DNA of 64,000 bases from the NCBI GenBank assembly GCA_964016885.1, contig OZ024746.1, forward strand, positions 58,962,001 to 59,026,000, read 5' to 3'. Position numbers and translations under genes: made by a program. Shown one piece after another: positions 12,999 to 26,342 of the stretch (the stretch's first letter is position 1; each line of letters begins with the position of its first letter). The notes under the pieces were generated by a model. The model saw only the letters and a program-made list of their open reading frames with translations, did not search any database and had not been told where the DNA came from. Origin of the DNA: Eledone cirrhosa. Taxonomy: Eukaryota.

Positions 12999-14654
12999 AC
13001 TAAACGAAGCTAAATTTTAATCATTTGACTTTTTATATATATATATATATATATTTAAAAGATCGGAGGCCATATGCAGTTGATCAGATTAATTTAAAAC
13101 TCCGTTATACATATATCACTGCGGAATTCTGTTATACACATTTCACTGCGAGCTATTAATTATGACAGCCTGAGTTCTTCAGACAAAAAAAGACTATCAA
13201 AACTTGAAAACATTCACACTTCCTCAAATAACATTTAAATTTTTTTAAATGTAAACATTTTCTCGAAAAATGTTTTCTTTTCGTGATGCAGGTTACGGCC
13301 GAATGTGTGGATGTTGTTTCTTCGCCGACAAGCCCCAGTATAACCCTTAGAAGTATGTTCGTAGTGCTGGTCAGTCCCAGTCTCACGTCACTACCACAGA
13401 TGTATTGAGTAGCAAGTCATCGTTGTAGTAACGATATGTAATAGTGACTGCTGGCCACATGTTTCAGTCTATAGGAATATTGTATCCGATTTTCTAAGTT
13501 GTAGTCTTAGTTACTTCCTGACTTCAAGATTTTCTAGATATTCTAAGTTTACATACATACGCACACATACATATATATATGCACAAACATATATACATAA
13601 ATATGTACAAACATATATACATAAATATGCACAAACATATATACATAAATACATACACACATACCCACATACATACAAACATACAAACATACAAACATAC
13701 ACACATACATATATATATACATACATTCATAAATACATACATACATATATACATACATATGCACATACATACATAGGCACATACATATGAACATACATAA
13801 ATGCATACACACATACCTACATACATATATATACATACATACATACCTACATACACACATACTTACATACATACATGCATATATACATTCATACATACAT
13901 AAAAGATTATACATATATACATATATACATACATTCATACATACATACATACAGACAGACATACTTATGCACATACATGCATACATATGCACATACATAC
14001 ATATGCGCATACATAAATACATACGCACATTCCAACATACATACATTCAAACATACATGCATACATACAAACATACACACATACATACATACATAACTAA
14101 ATACATACATACATATATACATTCATACATACATTCATACATACATACATAAAAGATTATGCGTGAGGGTGTGTCTGTGTGTATATATATGTGTGTGCGC
14201 GTATGGATGTACACATATATATATGTGTGTGCGTGTGTGTGTTTCTTTTTTCTGTGTATGTGTTAGTATTTTACACTTAGATTGCTAGACAGAATCCTAA
14301 CAAAATCTTCCAGATTTGTTTTCATGTCTGTGTGTCGAGAATCAACAACAGTTTACTTCAGACTGGAATTGGTTTGTTGCTATAGTGTTCTTTCTTCTTT
14401 GATACAGACGACAGCCATCTATAATATCATGCAACAAACAGCGTTACTATGGTATTAGTACAATACCAAAGGTCAGCTGCTTTCCCTGGGTCACACTTAC
14501 TGTCTCAAATATTTTCAAATATATTTTAGTACTTGAGAATTATAGCAAACATCTTATAAAAGGATAATTGTTTTTTCTGTATTAAACGAGCCGTACTAGA
14601 ATGTTTTGTTTTGTTTTTTGTAGCAAAATATACATACATACACACAGATATATA

Positions 14655-14731
<77 letters not shown>

Positions 14732-14757
14732 TATACATACATGCATACATACATACA

Positions 14758-14793
<36 letters not shown>

Positions 14794-14850
14794 TTCATAT
14801 ATATATATACATATATATATATACATAATAAACATACCTCAGACACACAT

Positions 14851-14897
<47 letters not shown>

Positions 14898-14904
14898 AAG
14901 AGTG

Positions 14905-15030
14905 AAGTCGGGGGTAACCACAGGGAATAAGTTACCCAATACATAGGTAGTGTGAGAACAACGAAATTTAATAAAGAAATGGCTTCTACAGGACTAGAAC
15001 TGTTTCATTCGTATTAAATCACCAGGAGAC
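14905..15030 (-). mobile_element. Short PLE-type 3' end with a mutated hammerhead (CUGGUGA core)
   Basis: Homolog of 58590-58715; GAAAC agttctagtcct GTA gaagcc. Confidence 0.6.
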
Positions 15031-15036
15031 GATTAC

Positions 15037-15070
<34 letters not shown>

Positions 15071-15080
15071 ATATATATAT

Positions 15081-15400
15081 CGTTTCTGAATTTGTTTAGC
15101 AAGATTCTTTATCTGAAAACGTGTGTTGAAACCGATATTGTTATACTTTGGGAGGGTCATGTTGCCAATAAGAAACACACGCACCAGTTCCTTTCACTTG
15201 AATTTATTATAATAAATTTATAAATTTCCGGTTGGTTGGTTGGTTCCACAACCAGATGGTTGTTTATATATTGTCAAAGTTCTTTCGTCACACATTCTCT
15301 GACCTCTTCAGTGACTGGGGATTCTTTTCTTTGTTTTTTGTGCCTCTCCTTTGTTCTGTCCTACGCACAAAAACAAGATGGCGTAGGACAGAAGAAAGTG
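15081..15400 (-). mobile_element. HHR-bearing PLE 3'-end family F2, with hammerhead at 15273-15316
   Basis: Reverse complement: gtca CTGAAGA ggtcagagaatgtgtgac GAAA gaac TT tgac; homologs at 57060-57668 and 59877-60190. Confidence 0.82.
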
Positions 15401-16395
15401 GACTAATTAAGATCTTTCTTCGCTTAGTAACATGTTTTTGTCGGCCCTTAGATGTCAGTGAGCAGATCCGTTTGAAGCTATGTCCTGTCTCCTATTCCGT
15501 TGGTCACCTTCAGGATATATATACATATATATATATATATTTGTGTGTGCGTGCGTGTGTGTGAGCGCGCGTGTGTGTATGTAAATAGAAGTTGAAGGAT
15601 AAGGATAAATATGTGATATCTTCATGCATATATATATATGTGTGTGTGTGTTTGTGTGCGTGTGCGTGTGTGTGTATGTGAATGTTTGTATGCATGTATG
15701 TAGAGATAGATGGATAGTTAGGAAGGCTTGAAAGTTAGAGTATTCCTGTAGCTACACAACAGTAACACCTCCAACATCAACAGCAATTAGAAATGAACTC
15801 TTTAAATATGCAGAATTTGACACCAGGGAGTATCGCACCCCCAATCGTTAAATACCTCATCTATGATAAAACATATGAACCAACACTTAATCAACTATTA
15901 TCTATTTCTCATAAAAATCATTTATATCTATGTAAATATATCAATTAAGTTTTCCTGTTACTATCTACTCTAATTAACCTATTTCTAATTATTGCTCTAA
16001 TTAACTTTATTTGCTACCTTAATGAGTTGACACCTGCCATTCGCCATACATTTAAATACAGATCATTATATTAGCAAATATACAGCACATAAAACTAGCT
16101 GGTACTTGCACGAGGTTGTACTATGAAGAGCAGCGTATGAAAGGTAAATTTCGATAAGCATGTCTTTATATTGCAAGTCTTAAATACCAATGTGAAACAC
16201 TAGGATGCGAGATCCAAACTTAATTGATATATTTACATAGATATAAATTACTTTTATGAGAAATAGATAATAGTGTCAAATTCAAAACTGGCACATTCTT
16301 AACCGTTCGGGCTTGTTATGTCAACATGATGTACAATATTCAGATACACTCACACACACACACGCGCGCATACAAATACATATATATAACTTCTG

Positions 16396-16457
<62 letters not shown>

Positions 16458-17079
16458 CTACTGTACGTCTGTATACATATGTGTATGTACGTATACATAC
16501 ATACTTACATTTAAGTAAGTGCCGTTCTAAGAGTGAGAAATGAAATTTCGTTTCATTCTATTCCATTTATCGTTTTCGGTGTGCCCGGCCGACTGAACTC
16601 ACTCGATATGCAAATTAGGCTGCTCATCCGTTAATATGCATAAGGAAAGTATATACTTTCAGACGTTCAACCATCTGGCAGGAAGGTATACGATGCTGAC
16701 GATAGCTAATAAGCTTGAAACTAGTACAGCGTTCCTTTGTCAGTGTTGAACAAAAAGGTGACGTGGTTGCCTAAACACTGTACGGCGTAATTCGGGCTGT
16801 TTGTTTGTTTACAAACAAACAAACCGAGCATGATAATAAATTTTCGGTAAACCCATACGTGCATATATATATGTGTGCATGTATGTATATATATACATAC
16901 TACTGTACGTCTGTATACATATATGTATGTACGTATACATACATACATACTTACGAAGACAAACATAGAATATTCGAAAATATTCTGTATGTTTATAATA
17001 AACATTTTGAAGACCCAATCGCTATAGAATAGAATACGTCACGTATTACAATTTGAGATTCTCGATAAAAGTAAGGGAA

Positions 17080-17122
17080 GTAATCTACGCGTTTCATTCT
17101 TGTTAGAAATCTTCAGGATTAC
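17080..17122 (-). ncRNA. Type I hammerhead ribozyme (F3, inverted arm)
   Basis: Reverse complement: gtaatc CTGAAGA tttctaacaagaat GAAAC gc GTA gattac. Confidence 0.9.
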
Positions 17123-17365
17123 ATATCCAATACTTTTATCGAGAACGACACAGTTAGAGACTTCTTCAAAATGTTTATTATAAACATACAGAATATTTTC
17201 GAATATTCTATGTTTGTCTTCACATATATATCGCTATTTCAGAGCATTAAATCCAAATTCTAATTTCTGCCGGACCGGCTACCGCTCTATCAAACCAGTT
17301 CCTGTACACAGCTAAGTATTCTATAAGTCTCTAGCTGTGTCGTTCTCGATAAAAGTATTGGATAT

Positions 17366-17408
17366 GTAATCCTGAAGATTTCTAACAAGAATGAAACGCG
17401 TAGATTAC
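17366..17408 (+). ncRNA. Type I hammerhead ribozyme (F3) with palindromic stem III ACGCGU and extended stem I
   Basis: gtaatc CTGAAGA tttctaacaagaat GAAAC gc GTA gattac; stem I extended by tctcgataaaagta/tacttttatcgaga. Confidence 0.92.
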
Positions 17409-17600
17409 TTCCCTTACTTTTATCGAGAATCTCAAATTGTAATACGTGACGTATTCTATTCTATAGCGATTGGGTCTTCAAAATGTTTATTATAAACATA
17501 CAGAATATTTTCGAATATTCTATGTTTGTCTTCACATATATATCGCTATTTCAGAGCATTAAATCCAAATACATACTTACATTTATATATATATATATAG

Positions 17601-17795
17601 CAAAAAAAGTGTGGTATGAAACCAGGTGGACCATAACGCACCAAATTACTCGATACTTAGGGTAGTAGAGTAGGTAATAGGAAAAGAGCCAGGTCCCCCG
17701 ACGGTTGAGCTTCGGCCGTTTCGACAGCTAGTTCCGAACTAAGCTAGCAGCTGTCGATACGGCCGGAGCTCAGCCGTCGGGGTCCTGATTATTTT

Positions 17796-17800
<5 letters not shown>
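17601..17800. mobile_element. Fold-back family F1, copy 2
   Basis: Homologous to 5233-5435; lies between (TA)n tracts. Confidence 0.78.
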
Positions 17801-17843
<43 letters not shown>

Positions 17844-17876
17844 CATATATATATATATATATATACATATATCACC

Positions 17877-18148
17877 TAAAGAAGAGAATCAGTGTTGCGA
17901 CGAATGGAATTTATTGGACATATTACAATTGTTTCTCGGGCGCCCAGTTCGAGGCACGATCGATGTGGTGATCAAACCTGACTCTGAAATCGCGCGGTCC
18001 TCGGATATGTCTCAATTCTACGAAGCAGATTTCAAAGTCAGATTTGATCACCACATAGATCGTGCCTCGAGCTGGTCGCCCGAGAAACAATTGTAATATC
18101 TCCAATAAATTCCATTCGTCGCAACACTAATTCTCTTCTTTCTGTGAT
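17877..18148. mobile_element. Fold-back family F4 with long-stem-II hammerhead (minus strand, 17917-18011)
   Basis: Reverse complement: gacatat CCGAGGA [about 65-nt stem II domain] GAAAC aatt GTA atatgtc; homologs at 38127-38440 and 51381-51552 (the latter has CTGAGGA). Confidence 0.8.
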
Positions 18149-18164
18149 ATATATATATATTAAA

Positions 18165-18382
18165 GGATCGATCGACTTTCGTCAAATCGAACCGAGGAAA
18201 CAATGTTTCCGTCGGTCTTTCCAGTCGCTAGTACTATCTATCAGTCGCAACTCCAGGTAGAAGGAGCAACCTGAAATAAAGTGTCTTGCTCAAGGACATA
18301 ACGCATCGTCCGGTCCAAGATTCGAGCTCACAACCTCAAGAATGTGAATCCAATTCTCTAACCACTCAGCCACACGCCTTCA
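18165..18382 (-). mobile_element. tRNA-derived SINE family B (CORE/Meta-like body)
   Basis: Reverse-complement head aaggcgtgtggctgagtggttagag..gagctcgaatc..tgtccttgagcaagacacttt; matches 63908-64000. Confidence 0.75.
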
Positions 18383-18406
18383 CAAATATATATGTGTATA
18401 TATACA

Positions 18407-18560
18407 AATGGAAACTATATTTATAAAACCATATTTATTTCATTATACATATTTCAAGGACACCAAGTTAAATTATGGTGTCCTTGAAATATATATAATG
18501 AAATAAATATGGTTTTATAAATATAGTTTCCATTTGTTAATATATTGTATTTTTACTCCA
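18407..18560. mobile_element. Fold-back relative of the 5811 family, turning inside HHR stem II
   Basis: ...atttcaaggacacca-agttaaatta-tggtgtccttgaaatata... Confidence 0.75.
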
Positions 18561-19096
18561 ATAATTTGTTGAGTGCTTTATATCAGTTATAAAAATATTT
18601 GCTTGTTGTATCCCAACAATTTAAATAGAACTTCTACATATGTATATATATATATAGGAAAAGAGCCAGGACCGCGACGTCATACTAATACACACTGTTA
18701 CACACATACATGTATATAACTGTGTGTATTTGTATGATGTAAATGTGTGTTTGTGTGTTTCGATGAAGAAAAGGTTCACAAATATTAGTGAAAAAGTGAG
18801 ACAGGTTCAATACATGGCAGGGTCACTGCATTAATGTTAGTTATCATGAGTCTGAGACCTCGGTGTAATTCAATAATACTGAGAGAGGTATGGCTTCTAG
18901 AGACGTTCGCTGGTTTGACACAAATCACTGACGACATTAAGACGAAGCCATAGGCTAGCAAATACATCATTCAAACACACACAAATATACAAATATACAT
19001 ACACATGAATATACATTCACATATACACATACACACGTATATATATATATATATGCACACACACAAACACATATATATATCTATACATATATATAC

Positions 19097-19174
<78 letters not shown>

Positions 19175-19183
19175 GTACCTATA

Positions 19184-19227
<44 letters not shown>

Positions 19228-19703
19228 GATATACATATGTGTGAATATATATATGTGCGTGTGTGTATTTATATATATATATACACGCACATACACAAGA
19301 ACAGACAAATTACACGTTCATATATACACGCACCATATAAGAATACACCCTCATACACACACCATCTAACGCTCTCAGAGAGGCAACTAAGGCAATTTCT
19401 TGTGATGTGTCATGATGACATCCCATTTAATAACAAATCTGAAGGAACTGCCCCTGGGTCTATTTTACAACATTGTTCGTTTTAAACTACCCCCCCCCCC
19501 CCCCCCCCCCCATCATAATTGTATGTGAGAATCTTAGTTAACATACCTCTGAACTGGAAAATGGAATCATGAATAATATAAAATGAAAATGTCATAATGA
19601 TATGTTTTATCGTATAATACTTTGCTATGTTAGATGTCTTGTTGTATTATGATATATTTTATTATCTGTTAAATATTGTGACACGTTATGCTTATATTGT
19701 ATA

Positions 19704-20295
19704 CTAGCAGTGGTACCCGGCGTTGCACAGGATAAGGTATTGTGAAATATATAACCGCCTTAGCTAAGATTAGTATTGCCACAACGACGGCTAGCAAAGA
19801 AGTAAGGGTCTGGTGGTACGTAACTAAGCAACACTGTGGCTTAAAACGTGAGGAAGAAGCTGTGTGCACTTACCAACTGTTTGGGGAATGAGTGTGAGAT
19901 TTGTCTTGAGCAAGGGTGGCAGAATAACCGGAGGCAGCAGACAGCCAGACATACAGACATATATTATAAGGGCGCGTTCTGAGCGAAGAGGGAATTGTGG
20001 GAAGTGATCTAATGCAGACAGCCAGACATACAGCCAGTTATTATAAGGGCGCGACGCTATATATATGTTTCTATCTAAAAAGAGAAAGACTAAGAATTAT
20101 AGAGAGAGATCGCTAAATCGCCCAATGCGGTCCCTGGAGAATTGAGAAATTGAAATCTTTTTTGTTCAGAACACTCCCTGAAACATAAGTATTACATGTG
20201 TAAAGTTTGAAAACAGTCGATTGGATGCTTCTCTAGTTTTAGGGATTCTAATTCACACACACACAGACAGACATCTTCAGTTTTATATATATAGA
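19704..20295 (-). mobile_element. Non-autonomous Helitron
   Basis: 5' TCtatatatataaaactgaagatgtctgtctg; 3' hairpin cctgtgcaacgccggg + CTAG|t. Confidence 0.75.
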
Positions 20296-20330
20296 CTAGC
20301 AGAAAACCCCCCGGGGCGGTTTTCTGCTAG

Positions 20331-20864
20331 TCTATATATCTAAAAGAGAGAATGTCTGTCTGTCTGTCAGCTCACTAAAACTTGAGGACGATCCAACCGA
20401 TTGTTTTCAAACTTTAGACATGTAATACTTATGGTCCTGTGAGTCTTTTGAGCAAAAATTATTTCAAAGTTTCAATGCCCCAGGGACCGCATTAGGCGAT
20501 TTAGCGTTCTCTCTATATAATTCTTAGTCTTTCTTTTTAGATACATACATAGATATAACATTGCCCCCTTATAATAACTGTCTGTATGTCTGGCTGTCTG
20601 CATTACGTCATTATGACGCGCTCAGTGTGTGTGTGTGTATATATATGTATCGTAATGCAGACAGCAAGACATAGCTTTCCTTCCCCTCTTCCAGCGTCTC
20701 TCTCTCTCCCTCCCGCTATCCCCCTCTTGTAGTCTGTCTCTTTCTTTCACTCTCACTCTCTCTCTCTAGGCGTCGGACAGACAGACAGAGAAATTGCTGG
20801 TTATATATTATAAGGAGACTAGCAGAAAACCACCCGGTGGGCGGTTTTCTGCTAGCAAATCTAG
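20331..20864 (+). mobile_element. Non-autonomous Helitron (composite), head-to-head with the 19704-20295 copy
   Basis: 5' TCtatatatctaaaagagagaatgtctgtctgtc; 3' hairpin 20819-20855 + CTAG|t; homologous to 43595. Confidence 0.65.
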
Positions 20865-21344
20865 TGCATATACTGATATTGTTGAGATTTGGATGAGAAA
20901 TGTTTTCGGCACCACATGTTCACCGTCTCTCGGTGTGTCTTTATGCATGTATAAATATATATGTTATCGATACGGTGAAATCTTTGAAATAAATATATGC
21001 TAAAACGAAAAAGGAGAAAAAGAGATTAGTGACGGAAATATAAACGTTATGATACATAAACGTTATGATATAACGATGGAAATATATCTTCAAATGGTCC
21101 TTGGCATGGTGTCAAGTCAGAACCGCCTCGAACTGGTTACTTCTGGCTTGTGCAAGGTGTCTCTATAGCAACCAGCGATTCCCTCGGCCTCAGTGACCGA
21201 AGTCAGTGGAGAGGGGAAGGTAATGTTTCTATAGCGACAGTGTTTCTCTTGGTAGTACCAAAGTGGAGAAAGGAAGGGGAAGGTAATATTTCTGTAGCAC
21301 CTACATTTGAGTTTTAGGGAAGGACAGAAAGACAGACAGACAAA

Positions 21345-21364
21345 CAGAGAAATGCCCATATATT

Positions 21365-21439
<75 letters not shown>

Positions 21440-21706
21440 CACACACAGAAATGTATATATATTTCTGTGTGTATATATATATATATATTACACACACAGG
21501 AATGTATATATATTTCTGTGTGTATATATATTACACACACCGAAATGTATATATATTTCTGTGTGTGTATATATATATATATTACACACACAGAAATGTA
21601 TATATATTTCTGTGTGTATATATATTACACACACCGAAATGTATATATATTTCTGTGTGTGTATATATATATATATTACACACACAGAAATGTATATATA
21701 TTTCTT
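21345..21706. repeat. Minisatellite of about 40-bp self-complementary units (acacagaaat-(ta)n-atttctgtgt)
   Basis: About 7 tandem units ttacacacac(a/c)gaaatgtatatatatttctgtgtgt. Confidence 0.85.
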
Positions 21707-21823
21707 AGAACAAAATTATTATTAATGTTTTGCTGTTCATAACAATTGGAATTGAAAAATTACTTTTGAAATTATTAGTTATTTTACTAATGCTGAGATA
21801 TGTAAAAATGAAGCAATGTTTCT

Positions 21824-22015
21824 AATAATTGTTTCTACTTTTGGCACAAGGCCAGCAATTACCCAGTACATTACTGGTACTTTATTTTATCGACCCCATG
21901 AGGATGAAAGGCAAAGTTAACCTCGGCGGTATTTGAACTCAGACCGTAAAGGGACGTAACTCCATGCTATGAAGCATGGTGTCCGACTCTCTACAGATTC
22001 TGCCAATCCACCGCC
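21824..22015 (-). mobile_element. tRNA-derived SINE family A (Nin-like central domain, (TTA)n tail)
   Basis: A box tggcagaatc, B box gagttcaaatacc, ctttcatcc..ggggtcgataaaataaagtaccag. Confidence 0.88.
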
Positions 22016-22394
22016 CTAATGTCTGTACGTAATGAGGGATGAGAGGGGAGAGAAAGAAAGGCAGAGGTGAAGTGACGAAGTGACTCTCTCCTCCTCCTCC
22101 TCCTCCTCCATCTCCCCATTCGTCACAGCGATAGAGGGGAGGAATGTTCGTGTGTTACAAAGAGAAAGAGTGAGAGTGAGAGAAACAGACAGACTAAAAG
22201 AGAGGGATAGCTGGAGAGAGAGAGAGATAGCAACCACGCGCGCACGTGTTTCCACTGTCGGACAGACAGACAGAGAAATTGCTGGTTATATATTATAAGG
22301 AGATTATAATGTATAATACATGGATATATACGCATACGTCCGTATATATTCGTAAATATATGTTTGTATAAGTATCTAAAGTCTAAAGTCTGTC

Positions 22395-22648
22395 TTAAGC
22401 TTAAGCCAGAAAGCTCATTTGGCCGGTGCATATCCCGGTTTAATGGCGTGAAGAGACTGTGAGTACAGGACACCAGTCCATCGCAGGGTTAAGCCTCCAG
22501 CTATTGCTGGTACTCATTTTAGCTGAGTATACTGGAGCAATGTGAAATGAAGTGTTTTGCTCAAGAACACAACACGCAACCCAGGAATCGAACCCATGAC
22601 ATTATGATCGTAAGTCCAAGACCCTTACCACTAGGCCGTGTGTCTCCA
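22395..22648 (-). mobile_element. tRNA-derived SINE (family B-like)
   Basis: Reverse complement: ggcctagtggtaagg..ggttcgattcctgg..gtgttcttgagcaaaacacttcatttcacattgctccag. Confidence 0.75.
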
Positions 22649-22681
22649 CTTGTATAAGATTACGCGTGTTTCAATATGGCA

Positions 22682-22772
<91 letters not shown>

Positions 22773-22847
22773 CATATATATATATATATATACACATATA
22801 TGTATATATATACATATATATATTTACACATATATGTATATATATAC

Positions 22848-22920
<73 letters not shown>

Positions 22921-22935
22921 TGTGTGTTTGTGTGT

Positions 22936-23002
<67 letters not shown>

Positions 23003-23800
23003 CAAACATATGTTGGTTCGTTCGGAGCATTAATTAATTACACTAAATATTTTCGATAGTAAAAATAAAGAAAGTTATTAAAAAATATTATAGATGTATT
23101 TTCACAGTAATCTGACTTAATCTGACTAGCGTCAATGTATAAATATCAGTTTTAATTATAAAACTCCAAGTAGTGAATTAGCCTAAATATACATACCATA
23201 TTAATTTGAAGCTTTATAAGGCTAAATATTAGTTATATAATCGTAAAACGAAATCATGAATAATATAATAATAAAACGATATAAAGATAACATTATATAA
23301 CTTGATATAACATGATATAAAGATATACATTATATCGTATAGCATTATTTCTCAAGATAATTGTAGAAATGATTTTGCACACTATGGATCAGGGCGATTA
23401 TTTAATATGTGACATTAAAGAAAACAACACCGCTTTACTCAAATTAAATTTACTTCGTGAAGTCATATATTTTAATTCCTTTAAATTGAGAGTTAAATAC
23501 AAAATAAGATGAATGCAGCCAATTCAAACTGAATATTAAAACCAGATTAATATTAATGGTAATTTACGTATGTGAGAGATAGAGAGGTAAAATCATGATG
23601 AAAGAGAAAGAGGGGGAAAGATAGATAGGTAGATGAACATATACATATGTGTGTGTCTGTGGGGGAATTGTATGAATTTAAATATTCTAGAATATGTTTC
23701 ACCACCACCACAACTATATTTTCATTGTAATTGTTCCATGCATTCTAACTAAATATTTTACAACGTAGCATTCATATAACAGACGATCAAAACCTCTACA

Positions 23801-23995
23801 ATTATTATAATTGTTTCTACTTTTGGCACAAGGTCAGCAACATATCCAGTGTATTACTGGTACTTTATTCTATCGACCCCGTAAGGATGAAAGACAAAGT
23901 TAACCTCGGCGGGATCTGAACTCTGAACATAAAGGGTCGTAACTCTATGCTGCAAAGCATGGTGTCCGACCCTCTACTGATACTGCCAATCCACC
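23801..23995 (-). mobile_element. SINE family A
   Basis: Full-length homology to other copies. Confidence 0.88.
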
Positions 23996-24451
23996 TATAT
24001 TCACTGCTTCTTTCGTCCACTAATACGTCAGGCCCCTGCATGTGTGATCGAGTCGGGGAAACAGTGACGTTTCGGTGCTACAGTATATATTACTCTAATA
24101 AGTATAAACACATCTAATATTAGTAGATTGACAAACAATGATATATATGCCTTAGTATTCTCTATCAAGTAGCGGTAGTAATTGTCCTGTGTCTATTTCA
24201 ATTATATTTTGGAGTGTCTCTGTATATGTGTGACAGTATGTAACGAGTTTGTAAGAATGATGTAAGAATACTCATACACACATACACACACATGCACACA
24301 CACAGGGACACGTCCACACACACACGCACAGAAACACCCATATATATGTATATACACACATCACATATAAACATATTGCAAGAATACGTAAGAAAACACT
24401 CACATACACACACAGATACCCACTGATATTCATGTATATATATATATATAT

Positions 24452-24586
<135 letters not shown>

Positions 24587-24959
24587 CATACATATATACA
24601 TACATATATACATATGCACCCGTATGCCTTTATATATATATATATGAGCGTGTATACACAAGCACACACACACATATATATGTGTAGATATATAGATATA
24701 TACGTATACACATATACTAGCATATGTATGTGTATATGTATTTATATATGGTATTAGTGTCTGTGTATATGTGTACATGCGTGTGTCTGTGTATGTCTGC
24801 TCAATAAATTTTAGTTGTTCAACAGAATGAAATTATAGAGCATATAAACTATTTTATGTGTTCCATTCAGTAAATACCTCTTCCCCTAAAGAACCTCAGT
24901 AGCTATCTATAGTACTATAGTCAGTGTCTACCGAGACAATAATACAATGACTCAGCAAA

Positions 24960-25172
24960 CAACAACAACAACTACTACTATTACTACTACTACTACTACT
25001 TCTACTACTACTACTGCTACTACTACTAGAGCACTACAACACCAACACCACCGCTGACAACAACAACAACAACCACAACTACTACTACTACAACTACTAC
25101 TACTACTACTGCTGCTGCTACTACTACTAGAGCACTACAACACCAACACCTCCGTTGACAACTATAACAACA
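24960..25172. repeat. (CAA)n/(CTA)n compound microsatellite, duplicated once
   Basis: agagcactacaacaccaacacc occurs twice. Confidence 0.8.
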
Positions 25173-26189
25173 ATGAGAAGAACTTTCTACTCTTCTTATA
25201 GTCTTACGTGCTTTACCGTCCGATAAGTTTCTAGTTCAATAAATATCGATAGTTTATTTATTGATATATTTATTAGCAATGTCTGTATGGTGCTGGTGGT
25301 AGTGGTGGTAAGGGGTGGCGTTAGTAGCTGAACTGAAGTTAGTTACAGAAGGCCAGGTAGATAAACTAAATATAAAAAAAAAATTGTCTTTTCGTTCTGG
25401 GTTCTGGGTTGAAATGAAATGAAAATCCAGCTGAGGATCGATGTTACCTTAGCTTTCCAAACTATCCTACCGTGATCGATAAATAAGGGGAACCCTGTAA
25501 TGTTTCTAAAGGCCGATGATTCAAATGACTATATAACAACGATCACCCTAATGCTCATGCAAATACATATCCTCTCTCCACATATCGTAACGCACGGTGC
25601 TCATGTATCAAAATTAAAAACCAATGATTAGAAATATATATATTGGTTGGCCTGTATTGACATAATCTGGTCCCATCTCAATCAGCACATCATTAGAAAG
25701 TTCTTCTCGAAAGATATGACTGTGTGGTATGTACGTATGTATGTATTTATGTATGTATGTATGTATTTATGTAAGTATGTATGTATTTATGTAAGTAAGT
25801 ATGTATGTATTTATGTATTTATGTATGTATTTATGTCTGTTCAGGATATGTTACAGGTTTGTGTGGCTGGCCGGAGCCTAAAAGTGCACCAAACTTTATA
25901 ATCTGACAAGTGATGGCAATACTCTTATCAGAGTTTGCAGCCATCATACATGTACGTATGCGTGTAAGTGTGCGTACATGTCAATGTATATCTGTGGGCA
26001 TTTGTGTATGTATGTGTGTGTGTATGTGTATGTATGTATATACCGATGTATGTATTCATTTACTAGGCGTTGGCCAACCCGAAGGTATAGTGCAAGACAG
26101 CTGTCAAGAGTGCTGTGCAGTGGAATGTCTGTACCTATTTTTATTATTTCCGACTGACCAAGTAGAATCATTAAATTCTCTTCCAGCTC

Positions 26190-26342
26190 TTAACGCCATG
26201 AGTTCAAATTCTGCCGAGGTTAGGTTTGCCTTCACTCTTACGAGGTCGAAAAAATAAATACCAATATCGCACTGAGGTCGATTTAATCCACTTTCCCTTT
26301 CCCTTCAAATTACTGGCTTTGTGCTAAAAGTAGAAGCAATTA
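26190..26342 (+). mobile_element. SINE family A, degenerate long variant
   Basis: gagttcaaattctgccgaggtt..gtcga..ttgtgctaaaagtagaagcaatt. Confidence 0.7.

Larger units (their letters stand above)
16955..17570. mobile_element. HHR-bearing family F3: inverted arm, partial 3' repeat, then an approximately 310-bp unit
   Basis: 16955-17162 is the reverse complement of about 17326-17533; 17163-17258 is repeated at about 17476-17570; flanked by acatacttac on both sides. Confidence 0.85.

Noticed and set aside
21345-21706. CRISPR-like array
   Set aside because: No unique spacers, eukaryotic context and no cas genes
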